This document shows, piece after piece, positions 26,570-39,317 of a stretch of 64,000 bases of DNA. The stretch covers positions 48,372,464 to 48,436,463 of the forward strand of contig NC_043011.1 of NCBI RefSeq assembly GCF_006345805.1. The letters run 5' to 3'. This DNA is from Octopus sinensis. Taxonomy: Eukaryota. How positions within the stretch are numbered: the stretch's first letter is position 1; every line of letters starts with the position of its first letter. The position numbers and the translations under genes are program-made. The notes below the pieces were generated by a model. It did not search any database and was not told the DNA's origin. It saw only the letters and a program-made list of their open reading frames with translations.

Positions 26570-27430
26570 GAGCTGGCAGAAATGTTAGCATGCAGAGTGA
26601 AATGCTCAGTGGTATTACACCTGTCTTTATGTTCTGAGTTCAAATTCTGCCAAGGTCGACTTTGCTTTTCATCCTTTCAGGGTTGATAAATTAAGTACCA
26701 GCTGTATATTGGGTCGATCTAATTGACTGCACTCCACAAAAAAAATATTTCGGGCCTTGCGCCTTGAGTAGAAGAGAATATCTTTTTTGTTTAAAGGTGG
26801 CAAGCTGGCAGAAAAGTTAGCATGCCGGATGAAATGCTTAACAGTATTTCGTCTGCCGCTACGTTCTGAGTTCAAATTCCGCCGAGGTCTACTTTGCTTT
26901 TCCTCCTTTTTGGGTTGATAAATTAAGTACCAGCTGTATATTGGGTCGATCTAATTGACTGCACTCCACAAAAAAAATATTTCGGGCCTTGCGCCTTGAG
27001 TAGAAGAGAATATCTTTTTTGTTTAAAGGTGGCAAGCTGGCAGAAAAGTTAGCATGCCGGATGAAATGCTTAACAGTATTTCGTCTGCCGCTACGTTCTG
27101 AGTTCAAATTCCGCCGAGGTCCACTTTGCCTTTTATCCTTTCGAGGTCGATAAATTAAGTACCAGTTATGCACTGTCCTTGTTTGTCCCCTCTATGTTTA
27201 GCCCCTTGTGGGCAATAAAGAAATAAGAAATGTTAGCATGCTGGGTGAAATGCTTAGTGGTATTTCGTCTGTCTTTATGTTCTGAGTTCAGATTCCTCCA
27301 AGGTCGACTTTGCCATTCATCCTTTTCGGGTTGATAAATTAAGTATCAGTTGAGCACTGGGATCGATCTAATTGACTGGCCTGCTCCCCCAAAATTTCAG
27401 GCCTTGTGCCTAGAGTAGAAAAGAATATGT
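26570..27430 (+). mobile_element. Array of SINE-B copies including a near-identical 232-bp tandem duplication
   Basis: About 26681-26888 repeated at about 26913-27120. Confidence 0.85.
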
Positions 27431-27561
27431 TGGAAACATGAGAGCAACAACAAATGATGTTCAAGCTATGGAATCCTCAACTACTAGAAAAACACTTTAC
27501 TTGTGAACAATAAACAGCTTGATCCGTTGTATTTGTTATAAACTGCTGATAATCTCTGGCC

Positions 27562-27785
27562 ACTCTTTACTCTTTTACTTGTTTCCATTATTTGAATGTG
27601 GCCATGCTGGAGCACTGCCTTTAGTAAAGCAAATCGACCTCAGGACTTATTTGTAAGCCTAGTACTTATTCTATCAGACTCTTTTGCCAAACCGCTAAGC
27701 TACGGGGACGTAAACACACCACCATCGGTTGTCAAGTGATGTTGGGAGGACAAACACAGACACACAAACATACACACACACACAA

Positions 27786-27837
<52 letters not shown>

Positions 27838-28000
27838 CGGGCTTCTTTCAGTTTCTATCTACCAAATCCACTCACAAGGCTTTGGTTGGCCCGAGGCTAT
27901 AGAAGAAGACACTTGCTCAATGTGCCTCACAGTGGGACTGAACCCGGAACCATGTGGTTCTTAAGCAAGTTACTTACCACAAAGCTACTCCTACGCCTAC
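27562..28000 (-). mobile_element. SINE-A, complete
   Basis: Head, internal microsatellite and tail all present. Confidence 0.85.
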
Positions 28001-28019
28001 TGTTCATAGAAAGCAAATA

Positions 28020-28235
28020 TCTAAGATATAAGCATATATATTTACATCAAAAAGGTGCTTTTCTTTTCTATGAAAATCCCTATTTTTCACGATTTTTTGT
28101 CTGCTGTGTCGCCATTTTTCGGTGTATTTCAACCAGAAAAATGTTCACTTTAAGAGAATAACAAGCTACATAATGCAAAAATTCCAATTCTAAAGGGTTG
28201 AAACAAACCCGAGCAATGCTGGGCGATACTGCTAG
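28020..28235 (+). mobile_element. Non-autonomous Helitron fragment
   Basis: 3' hairpin cccgagcaatgctggg followed by CTAG|T at 28232-28236; putative A|TC 5' end is uncertain. Confidence 0.6.
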
Positions 28236-29374
28236 TCATTATAATAAAGTTCAAAGTGAATATCAACTACTTCAACCGCAATGGTCTAAGATAACCTGGT
28301 GTAGTTATGGTTGCTGCCCCTACTTTTCTGGTTAATTAACAGAAAGAAGATTTAATGACCAGGCCAACTGTGAGCCAATCTATGTCAATAATCTGCTATG
28401 TTCTCATTAATCCTTGAAATAAAATAAACAAGCTTTCCTTGCAAAGTTTGAAAATGTTTCTTCAGAGACTAATAACGGAAAAAATAAAATAAAATAAATT
28501 CAGTTATTCAATAGTCATCTTTGTGTCGGTTTAATAAATTTATTTGCTTTACACTCATTAACCCCATTAATTACAATGACTAAATATTCCCTGCAAAAAA
28601 ATAAAAAATAAAAAAACACACTAAAAAAAATAACATCTGAAAACCCAGTATGCAGCTGTGACTCAAAGATGTTTGTTTGCTCTGTTTTCATTAAGAGAGA
28701 GCAAAATGCTAACAAATTGTTTAGTTATGAATCAATTATGAACCAGATTCGTTTACTCATTTTTGTTCATCCTTTAAATAAAGATACCCCAAGTTTGTTT
28801 TCTATAAAGGCATGTTTATGCAAACATCATCTTAAAACCTGACCAACCTGTTACGTTCCAGTTACAGGATTTTATTCAACAACAGCACACTAACTTCACT
28901 TCATATTCGGCAGTTTTCACAACATTCCCTTTCCCAGTTTTCCTTGTTATGTGTTCCGTATTGAACTCTAATCTAAACAGATCATACACTGAGTAGTTTA
29001 AGACAAGAAATACAATCCATTATTAGTGATATCAGAGTGTAGAATACCCATCCAACAGAAAGCTGGAAGTTGCTGCTTCACTGGGCAATTTTGCTGTTTT
29101 ATTCTCCAGTTGCCAGCACAAATTAAACTAATGATTATTGATAATGGTCGAAACAGAGTAGCACCTTGTTATAGTTAGCATTTATTTTCGGTTGAATATA
29201 GTTTTCTGTCAAACTTTGATATGGGAAGTGTAAAACAAAATCCTAATTTCAGAAATATGCTATCGATGGTTGGTAAATAATATATTAGATGGTTAATGGG
29301 AACTGTTACAATTACTATAAAAAATGAGTGACAAGAATATTACATATATGCTTGTATACATATAAATATATATC

Positions 29375-29625
29375 ATCATCATCATCGTATAACGTCCATT
29401 TTCCATGCTAGCATGGGTTGAACGGTTCGACCGGGCTCTGGGAAGCCAGGAGGCTGCCCCAGGCTCCAGTCTGATCTGACAGTGTTTCTACAGCTGGATG
29501 CCCTTCCAAACACCAACCACTCCGTGAGTGTAGTGGATACTTTTTACGTGCCTCCGGCGCAGGTGCTAGGGGAGGCTGGCAATGGCCATGATCGGTTGGT
29601 GCTTTTTACGTGCCACCGGCAATAT
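29375..29625 (-). mobile_element. SINE-D
   Basis: (ATC)n-gtataacgtccattttccatgctagcatgggttg...ttctacagctggatgcccttcc. Confidence 0.75.
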
Positions 29626-29857
29626 ACATATAGACATATACATACATTCATGCATATGTATGTACATATATACATATGTGGGTGTCTTTTCAAAACATTG
29701 GTTTAAAAAGCCACATCAAATGCCACGATGGTTCTAAGGTGTAGGTACAGGAGGTGGTCAGACACTAGATAAGGAGTAGACAACCACCATATATACATAC
29801 ACACATAAAACACATACACAAATATATATATATATATATTATATATATATATATATA

Positions 29858-30065
29858 GTTAATCCAAACATGGAAACACAAAGAGAAAACACAACAACGC
29901 CAGGACGTGGAACAAGTATAGTGCTATTGGACGTCTAGGAAAGGAAAGAAAGAAGGAGGATTTAACGTTTTGAGTGGAGCTCTTCGTCAGAAACATAGAA
30001 AAAGGAAAGGTCCAAGGAAGGGAAGACATAGAAAGAAAGTCGCCAACGATACACACACGGTCACA
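29858..30065 (-). mobile_element. Penelope-like tail fragment with HHR motif, between (TA)n tracts
   Basis: Minus strand gttt-CTGACGA-a-GAG-ctcca-CTC-AAAA-cgtt-aaat (29960-29994); G12 lost by CpG decay. Confidence 0.6.
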
Positions 30066-30185
30066 TATTGAATGTATATATATATATATGTATATATATA
30101 CACACACTTAGTTTGTACTTGCAAGTGGTTGTTAATTGTTAAGTTGTAGCACTTGCTGAAATGCTACTTGTTGAGTTAAGGTGCA

Positions 30186-30228
<43 letters not shown>

Positions 30229-30833
30229 GATGAACACCTTTCAGTTTCTGTCTACCAAATCTACTCACAAAGCTTGAGTTGACCCAAGCATACATCAGAA
30301 GATACTCTTCCAAGGTGCCATTCAGTGGGATTGAACCCAGACCCATGTTGTTAAGAAGCTAACTTCTTGCAACAGAGTCATACCTTCACCTTTATATGTG
30401 TATATGTCCTTTAAAGATGTTATCTTGTCTTATTAGTTTAAAAAAAGCAAAATAAAAAAAGAATGAAAAGTGAAACGTTTATATCCTGCCACAGGTTGGT
30501 ATCTATAAAATTAGGTAGCAGAGGTTTAATCAATATGTTCACACGATGTATTTTGCAAGACTACCAAAAAGCTCTTTCCTCTGCTACCAACTACTACTAC
30601 TCTTTATAAGAGTTCGGCTGGTCCATTCTCCAATTCATCTGGTGTGTCAATGTCTCTCACCACAACAGAAACATATATCCAAAGAAAAGCAACCTAATAA
30701 TAATAATCCTTTCTCTTCCACACTATTCTGCCAAATTAATATAAGCTATATATGTATATATATGTTAAATAAAATGAGATAACAAGACAAAGGCAGTGTG
30801 ATATTTCTAGGACATTTATAAAGAGAAAGGTAG

Positions 30834-30879
30834 TCTTACAGCTGTTTCGGGGAGATAAAAGATATCCCATCATCAGAGA
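30834..30879 (-). ncRNA. Minimal type I hammerhead ribozyme
   Basis: TCT-CTGATGA-t-GGG-atatcttttatctc-CCC-GAAA-C-agct-GTA-AGA; intact core, GUA triplet, palindromic ACAGCTGT stem III. Confidence 0.72.
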
Positions 30880-30999
30880 TGAGAGTTTCAACAGAAGGAA
30901 AAAGTAGGATTCATTATAGAAGAAGTTATTCTGGAAAAGGAGATATACAGTTAGTATAAAGGGAAATATGAGAATAAAAACTGAAACTCTCTCATATCA

Positions 31000-31045
31000 T
31001 CTCTGATGATGGGATATCTTTTATATTCCTGAAACAGCTGTAAGA
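31000..31045 (+). ncRNA. Minimal type I hammerhead ribozyme
   Basis: TCT-CTGATGA-t-GGGATAT-ctttt-ATATTCC-t-GAAA-C-agct-GTA-AGA; predicted cleavage after 31042. Confidence 0.7.
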
Positions 31046-31319
31046 CTACTTTTCTCTTTATAAATATCCTAGAAGTATCACACTGCCTTGGCCTTGTTAT
31101 CTTATTTTATTTAACTTATACACACCCACACACGACCTGCATTAGACTCTTCACTCACACTATTATTGAGCCAGGAGTCTAGCAGTTTTCTTCACTACTT
31201 CAGGGAGTGACGACCCTGCCTGACATGAATGAGTTCCTGGCTCAGCTGGCTCCAGCTGACAGTACCTGGTATGAGCCCCTATCCAGGGTTACAAAAAGGA
31301 GACAAAGAAATCCGGAGTG

Positions 31320-31780
31320 GAGCCCCGTAGGCAGTTTAGTGTTCAGGGGAGGGGTTAAGTCAATTACATCAACTCCAGTGCTCAGCTGGGTACTTATTTC
31401 ATTGACCTCAGAAAGCTAAAAGGGAAAATCAACCTCAGTGGAATTTGAACTCAGAACGTAAAGACAGATGAAATGCTAATAAACATTTTACCTGTCATAC
31501 TAACAATTCTGCCAGCCTGCTGTCTAAATAATAATAACAATAATAACAATAACAGCAACAATAATAATCCTTTCTACTATAGGCACAAGGCCTGAAATTT
31601 GGGAAAGGGTGATAGGTAATGACATCAACCCTATGTTTCACTGGTACTTAATTTATCGAACCTGAAAGGATGAATCAAAATTTACCTCAGCAGAATTTGA
31701 ACTCAGAAATGTAAAGACGGCTGATATACCACTAAGCACTTTGTCTGACAGGCTAACGATTCTGCCAGTTCACCACCATA
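31320..31780 (-). mobile_element. Two SINE-B copies with (AAT)n/(GAT)n flanks
   Basis: ggaatttgaactcagaacgtaaagac...ctgccag repeated at about 31440 and 31695. Confidence 0.7.
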
Positions 31781-33199
31781 ATAATGATGATGATGATGAT
31801 GATGATGATGATAACAATAATAATAATGATGATGATAATACTACTACTACTACTAATAATAATAATAATGATGATAATGATAATGTTATTACTAATGATT
31901 TCTAGTATAGGTACCAGGCTACAAATTTTGGAAGTTAATTACAATGTCATCACAATTTGACAATTAAATTAAGACATTTTTTCTGGTAGCAGTGGGTTAT
32001 GTGGTTGCACAACAGAAATTTCGCTTAAACTACTAGTGCAGTGCTTTTATACATCTGTAGGAAGATTTTACACTTTCTGCGTATACTCCAGACCAGTGAT
32101 TGGCATTCATATTGAAGGTGAATTAACTATGAAGCACTAATGAGCAGAAATAACTGAAATATTGATATCTGCCATTTTCATTCTCTTCAGGAACGATTTG
32201 TTTCACCTGGCTTTAAAGTTTACTTTACATCTTTAAAGGGACCTTCCTTGGATGAAATGCCACAGCCTAAAAATTGTTTGACAGCACACATATATTAAGC
32301 ATGTGATGTTGATAATATTTACCATACAGGGCTGCATATGATGCAAAATTTGAATTTTGTTCTACTTGTGCAGTATTTTTCCTCATCAGCAGATAAATTT
32401 TTAAAGTCATCTCTATAAACTTCAGGCCTGTGATTCGAATTTGTTTCAAAGATGAATCGAGTATGCAGCACTGCTTAGTAGAAATAGCTGAAATATTGAT
32501 ATCTGCTGTTCTTGTTTACTTTGGGAGTAATTAGTTTCCTCTAGCATTGAAGTGTACTGTGATTTTTTTTCAACACACTGCATTTTTAATGATCACTGGA
32601 TGAAATATTGCAGCCTAAAAGCATTTAACAACACATACATTATGTGACATTGGTAAAGTTTACATTATAGGACTGCTTCCAACACAAAATTTGACTATTG
32701 ATAACTGTTTCTGTACTCATTCAACCTTGGCCAATATATTAATTGTGTTGTCTTGGAATCTCTCTACTCCATCGCTGACAGGCATGCTGGGCTTGGCAAC
32801 AAGTTATGAATCAATCAACCATTTGAGTTTGGTCCATAATTTGCAGTACTTCTTGGCTGGACCAGCAGATAACATGAGGTTCCAAGAAATAACAATCAAA
32901 TCACCTATTTAAAAAATTATATATGAGCATCTTAAGAATTGAAGGATGCAAAGAGCAATTTAACCATACTTATATAGAAAAAATATGATGTTCATTGCAG
33001 GAAAGCCTCTGGGTGTAGTGGTCTATCTTCGAAAGCTGATATAAAGTTTAACTGCAATGTTATTATCAGTCCAAATATGCTTGACGCACGTTCAAACCAG
33101 CGAACAAAATACTCACTGTGTTTTATTATGGAGAATATATCTCCCTTGTTGACAAGTCGTGTGTATAAACCTAGATCAGCTCGTAGCATTATCAACCTA

Positions 33200-33251
33200 G
33201 ACTGTGAAATGCTAGCATTTTGGAGTAATTATCTCCTCATCAGTAACAGAC
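33200..33251 (-). ncRNA. Type I hammerhead motif with long stem I, decayed
   Basis: gtctgtta-CTGATGA-GGAG-ataatta-CTCC-AAAA-TGC-ta-GCA-TT-tcacagtc; G12A, stem I pairs at 6 of 8 positions. Confidence 0.55.
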
Positions 33252-33954
33252 ACCAGGCAGTCAACACTGGAAGCTGATTGAAGAGATTGCCTCTCTTATG
33301 CTTTTCCAGTCACCATACGATGACTGGCAGCACTATACGGTGGTTCACTGTTAGTAAATTATGGCATGGGACCCCTAAGCAGTGATATGTAAAATTGCAA
33401 TGTAGTTATCCACCTGAATATGCTTGATGCACGTTTGAACTGGGGAATAAGCTACTCACAGCGTTTTGTCATGGAAAATATCAGCTTGTTGACAAATGTT
33501 GTGTTTATACTTAGACCAGCTTGCAGTTTAATCTATATTTATAAAACAGTCCTTGGACGAAAATTGTATGCACAATTTGTTTTCATGGTTAATGGCAGCC
33601 AAACCGAGGCTAGGATTGAGCTGAAAATTGGCAGGGATACTAAATGCATGGTGAGGATTGCTATGGCAAAAAGAGTGATTTTTTTATCGACTCAAGGGGG
33701 CCCAGAGCCCCTCTAGGATTGGCAATTGGCTTGAGTAGACCCGAATGAAATTGGGTTATAATACTAGTATCAACTATAACTACAACAAGAGGAACAATAC
33801 TAAAGAGCTATGTATTATGTATACCATAGGACCTATGCATACATTGTTAGTTATCCTCAAAATAGCAGCCATGTATTCCTCAAAATATACCCTATCATCA
33901 TTGAAAAGAAGGCACACAATGAATAACACATTTAGCATAAGTAACACATTGTTA

Positions 33955-34540
33955 GTGGAGGCACATGGCCAAGTGGTTAGAGCAGCAGACTTGCGGTTGA
34001 AGGATCACGGGTTCGAATCTCAGACAGAGCAATGAGTGTGTTTATGAGCGAAACACCTAAGTTCCATGTGGCTCTGGCAGAAGGTAATGGCAAACTTCTG
34101 CTGACTCTTTCACCACAAATTTCTCTCACTCTTTCCTCCTGCATCTTCCAACTCACCTGCGACAGACTGGCATCCCGTCCAGGTGGGGAACCTATACGCC
34201 AAGGAAACCAGGAAACCAGCCATTATGAGCCAGGCATGGCTTGAGAAGGAACAAACAAAAACAGATTGTAATCCCATTCCTTTTAGCAGAAAAGAATGGG
34301 ATAGTAAGGTGGCGAGCTGGCAGAAACATTAGCACGCCGGGCGAAATGCTTATCAGTATTTTGTCTGCCGCTACATTCTGAGTTCAAATTCCACTATGGT
34401 CGACTTTGCCTTTCATCCATTCGGGATCGATTAAATAAGTACCAGTTACGCACTGGGGTCGATATAATCGACTTAATCCATTTGTTTGTCTTTGTTTGTC
34501 CCCTCTGTCTGTAGCCCCTTGTGGGTAGTAAAGAAATAAG
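33955..34540 (+). mobile_element. SINE-C (tail type 2; 33955-34260) followed by SINE-B (34305-34540)
   Basis: Direct similarity to other copies in the window. Confidence 0.8.
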
Positions 34541-34850
34541 ACTGGGATAGTAACTGTTAGAATGGCTTTTGATCATAGTTCTATCCTGTCAGTACTGCCC
34601 TAGGGCTAAGTAACAGCAGTAGCAACAATAACAAAAACAACAACAAATAACTGTAGAAATGCAAAGGGGATGATGTTGTGAAATGTCTTTATAGACAACT
34701 GACAACAAGCTATAGGATATTTAATTAAGTTTTATCAAAATCGATCAATAAATTGATTTACTGGAACAACATATAAACTGCAGAAATACTTTTATATTTA
34801 TTGGTTCATGTTTTTTTTGGTTGTTTGTATGTTGCTTTTACACATTACAG

Positions 34851-34883
<33 letters not shown>

Positions 34884-35177
34884 TATAAAATTCTTACTAT
34901 ACATTTGGCATTATTTTTCTCTGATATTTTCCACTATACCAAAAGTGGATTTTTAGAGCAATTAAAAGAATACAGGGTAAAAAAAATGAATAAATAACAA
35001 AACAATAAAATAGCAAAACAAATGTTTGACAGAAAAATATTTATTACTTTCATTATATAAATATGTATGTGTGAACACACACACACAACATATATTATCT
35101 GTATATATATATGTATATATATGTGTTTGTATATGGATACATATATCTATCAATCTTTCTCTCTCTCTCTCTCTTTC

Positions 35178-35229
<52 letters not shown>

Positions 35230-35236
35230 CATACAC

Positions 35237-35268
<32 letters not shown>

Positions 35269-35594
35269 ACATTCATGGCTATGAGGTCATGAAGTTCACT
35301 TGAAAGTCACATGGTTCCAAGTAAGGCTGCACTGGTTGGTGCCTTAGTTTTTATTATAGCCTTAGAATGGTTAATACTATTTCAGTGAAATTGGTACAGA
35401 AGCCCATCTTTCTGTCTTTCTTTCTCTCAAATGCACATAACTCAAATACATAGATACACAGGAACTCATATTTAACAGAAAAATGTTTGCATCATCCATT
35501 ATATAAATATTTATGAATGTGCGTGAATATATATGCACATCTACTCTATCACAAACACACAAACAAAACTCTCTTATACACATGAACACCTTCA

Positions 35595-35855
35595 TTTTGG
35601 GATCACCACCACTTTATTATCTCCCCTTCTCCCTAGCTCTCCTGTGTGACCCTTGTGTCCAGCATTCGCTATGATATATCACTAGCCACTACACGTTCCT
35701 TATTTTCTCTCCTTGTTTCTTTCTGTGTTCCTTTCTGTGGAAGAGCGTAGGCTCAAAATGTTAAAGGCTTTTTCACTTCCCAAGCATTATACTAATACAT
35801 CTGTTTGTTGTCTACACCACCTGTCTTTGATTTTTGTTTTTTTGTGAATTTACTC
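35595..35855 (+). mobile_element. Penelope-like tail fragment with HHR-like motif
   Basis: ttt-CTGTGGA-a-GAGC-gtag-GCTC-AAAA-tgtt-aaa (35732-35765), followed by TA/TG repeats. Confidence 0.5.
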
Positions 35856-36392
35856 TATATACACATACATATGTTTGTGTGTGTGTGCGTGTGTGTGTGT
35901 GTGGTGTGTGTGTGTGTGTGTGTATGTGTGTGTGTGTGCGTGTGTATGTGTGTGTGTGTGCATGCATGTATACAGTCATTAACAACACAGCCTGAGGCAA
36001 AACTCAGAGTACAGTCAACATTTGATATAGCAATAGTATATATCTACTCTACCAACTGTATTGAGTTCTGTGTCAGATAACGCTTACTCTCTGCAGCACT
36101 TTTTTTAATATACTTTATAGGCCTTACACTATGATATGTACACACACACACACACACACATACACACACACATTTATATGCACACACATACACACATGTA
36201 TTGACACATGTAAGTACATGTGTGATTTAACTTTGACAAGGAAAATGTTGACTGTCAGCCTTTTCCTTACAAAAGTTTATATGTACTCCACCAAGAAGTT
36301 TTCAGTAATCCTCCAATTGAATTCTTTTTCTATAACTTGACATAAAAGCAAGCATCATTGATAAATACATAGATAGATAGACAGATAGATAC

Positions 36393-36447
<55 letters not shown>

Positions 36448-36524
36448 GATAGATAGATATATACATATATATATATATTTATATTTACATACACACACAC
36501 ATATATATGTATCTATGTATATAA

Positions 36525-36572
<48 letters not shown>

Positions 36573-36623
36573 ATGTACATATATATATATACATATATAT
36601 ACATATATTTGTTCATACATATA

Positions 36624-36668
<45 letters not shown>

Positions 36669-37314
36669 CATACATATATATATACATACATATATATATA
36701 TACATACATATATATATATACATACATATGTATATATACATACATAAATACACACACATATATATTTATATATACACACACATATACACATATGTGTGTT
36801 TACGTGTATATTTATAGTTGTCTAAGAATCCATAAGTCACAAAAAAATGTGAATTTGTATGTTTGTCAACAGAGTTACTATATTAATCAAAATATACAGT
36901 AATATTGATCCCTTTTAGGTGATCTTACCAATCAGATTCACACTGGCTATTAAATATCCCATTATTTAATACCCACTGCAGAACTTATTGGTAAGATCAG
37001 CTGAAATAGATCTATAACCCTATGTATTTTGATTAATAAAAAAAACATGCATAGGTGAATGTGTGGCTGTGTGGCTAAAGAAGTTTGGTTCCCAAGCATA
37101 TGGTTTCAGGTTCAGTCCCACTGCAGAGTACTGTGTACAACTGTCTCCTGCTGCAGCCTTCAGCCAACCAAGACCTTGTGAGTGGATTTGGTTGATAATA
37201 ATTCACTCCATGACTTTGCCTTTTAACATCTGCTATGGATTTGTTACACACACACACATTCACATTTATATATTTGCATATATTTGCATATATGTCTATA
37301 TTTACTTATCTCTC

Positions 37315-37384
<70 letters not shown>

Positions 37385-37543
37385 CACACATATACATACA
37401 TATATATACAAAAATCTATGTGTATACATATGTACTTTTATACATGCATATACAGACACACATACAAACACACTCACACAAACAATATATATATATACAA
37501 CTATTTATTGCATATATATATACACACGCACACAGCTATTTAT

Positions 37544-37586
<43 letters not shown>

Positions 37587-38145
37587 GCACACACACACAC
37601 ACACACATATATATACATGCACACACACATATGAGTGGAGAAAATAAACGGTTGAGTTAGAAAGGGAAGAACAGAGACAAACTTGCTGACAGACAGAAAG
37701 TCAGACAGACCAACAGATGACAGGATGAGAAAGAACAAAAAAAAAAAACTGAAGAAATGGATAGAAAGAATCAACAAACAACCTTTTTTATTTGTTTCAA
37801 AAGACATAAATCAGAGTTGACCAACATCTGACATTGAGCAATTTAAAGGAAAAAGTTTGTTTCATGTTAGAAAATTACAGAGGCTTAGAAATTGATTGGA
37901 ATAAATCTGTTCATTTACTAAAAATTAATTGATAACATGTGATACACAAATGGAATTTGAAAACCATCTCATCTTTGAGTGTTTTTTTTTTGTTTTCATT
38001 TTCCATTTTTTTTCTTTGGTTTTTGGTGATTTTATTTCGTTGATTTTAAAGCCCTTTTCAATCAGATATTCCGTTTGCCACCATTGAAAATAATGTTTTT
38101 CTCTTCTTTCTTCAAATTCCATACAAGCATTTACCTATATATATC

Positions 38146-38285
<140 letters not shown>

Positions 38286-38531
38286 TATTTGTATATTTAC
38301 ATATATTTGCATACACACATAGTTATTCATATTCGCATACATACACATGCATGTAGATTAACATATCCATGGATAGGCATGCTACATGCATAAATACACT
38401 AACACACGCATACTACATTCTACATAAACACTCATACAGTTACACACACACATATCTATATACATGTATACCAATGTGCATACACACCAGCAATCACTCA
38501 TATGCATACATATATCTATGCGTGCACACAC

Positions 38532-38612
<81 letters not shown>

Positions 38613-39317
38613 TAAATATATATATATACACATACACACACATATATATACGTGTGTGTGTGTGGGTGTGTGTAGTTTCCTTTATCAAGGTGGCAACAAT
38701 ATTTTATCAAAAATTCTTCATATCCAACAAGTAAGAGAAGTAAGCTTAGGTCTGTTTGTAAAAGACCCTTGAAATTTTTCTCGCTTTACATTAGACATAC
38801 TATTGGCTACATATATCAATATTTAATTCCAATATATCAATTCAATGACAATGTATTGATCCTCTATAGTTTTTCTTGGAGCTTTGTATAGTTTTTAAAC
38901 AAGATTTCCTTTTAAATTTCTTTTCATTTCAATTTGTTTTTTTGCTATTTCCCCACAGCAATAAATAAATAAATAAAATAAAATGAAATAAAATAAAATA
39001 AAAATATCTGTAAAGAGATCAGTGAATTGTTTTGAAGATTTGGCAAGATATCCAAATATAGAGAATTTAGAAGGCCAAGTGTGCAGTATATTCAATTACC
39101 TGCTGATAGCATTGAGAGTTCAAATCAAGTGAAATGTGTTTTTTTGTGTCCCTCAGGCAGAGTACCGTTTTTGGATGTGTCGATAAAAAGAACAATTAAT
39201 TTCTTCAATGCCTTGCAAACTCACAGCTGTTATCTGCATATGTGAAGGTGAGATATTCAAACGAATAAAGCATTGAACTACCTGTTAAGAGAAGGATTTC
39301 GAGTTTGCTTCAGCTAT

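Larger units (their letters stand above)
30765..31114. mobile_element. Fold-back element with two inverted arms of about 125 bp, each carrying a hammerhead
   Basis: 30765-30890 is the reverse complement of about 30982-31114 (roughly 90% identical by eye), with a purine-rich spacer. Confidence 0.85.
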
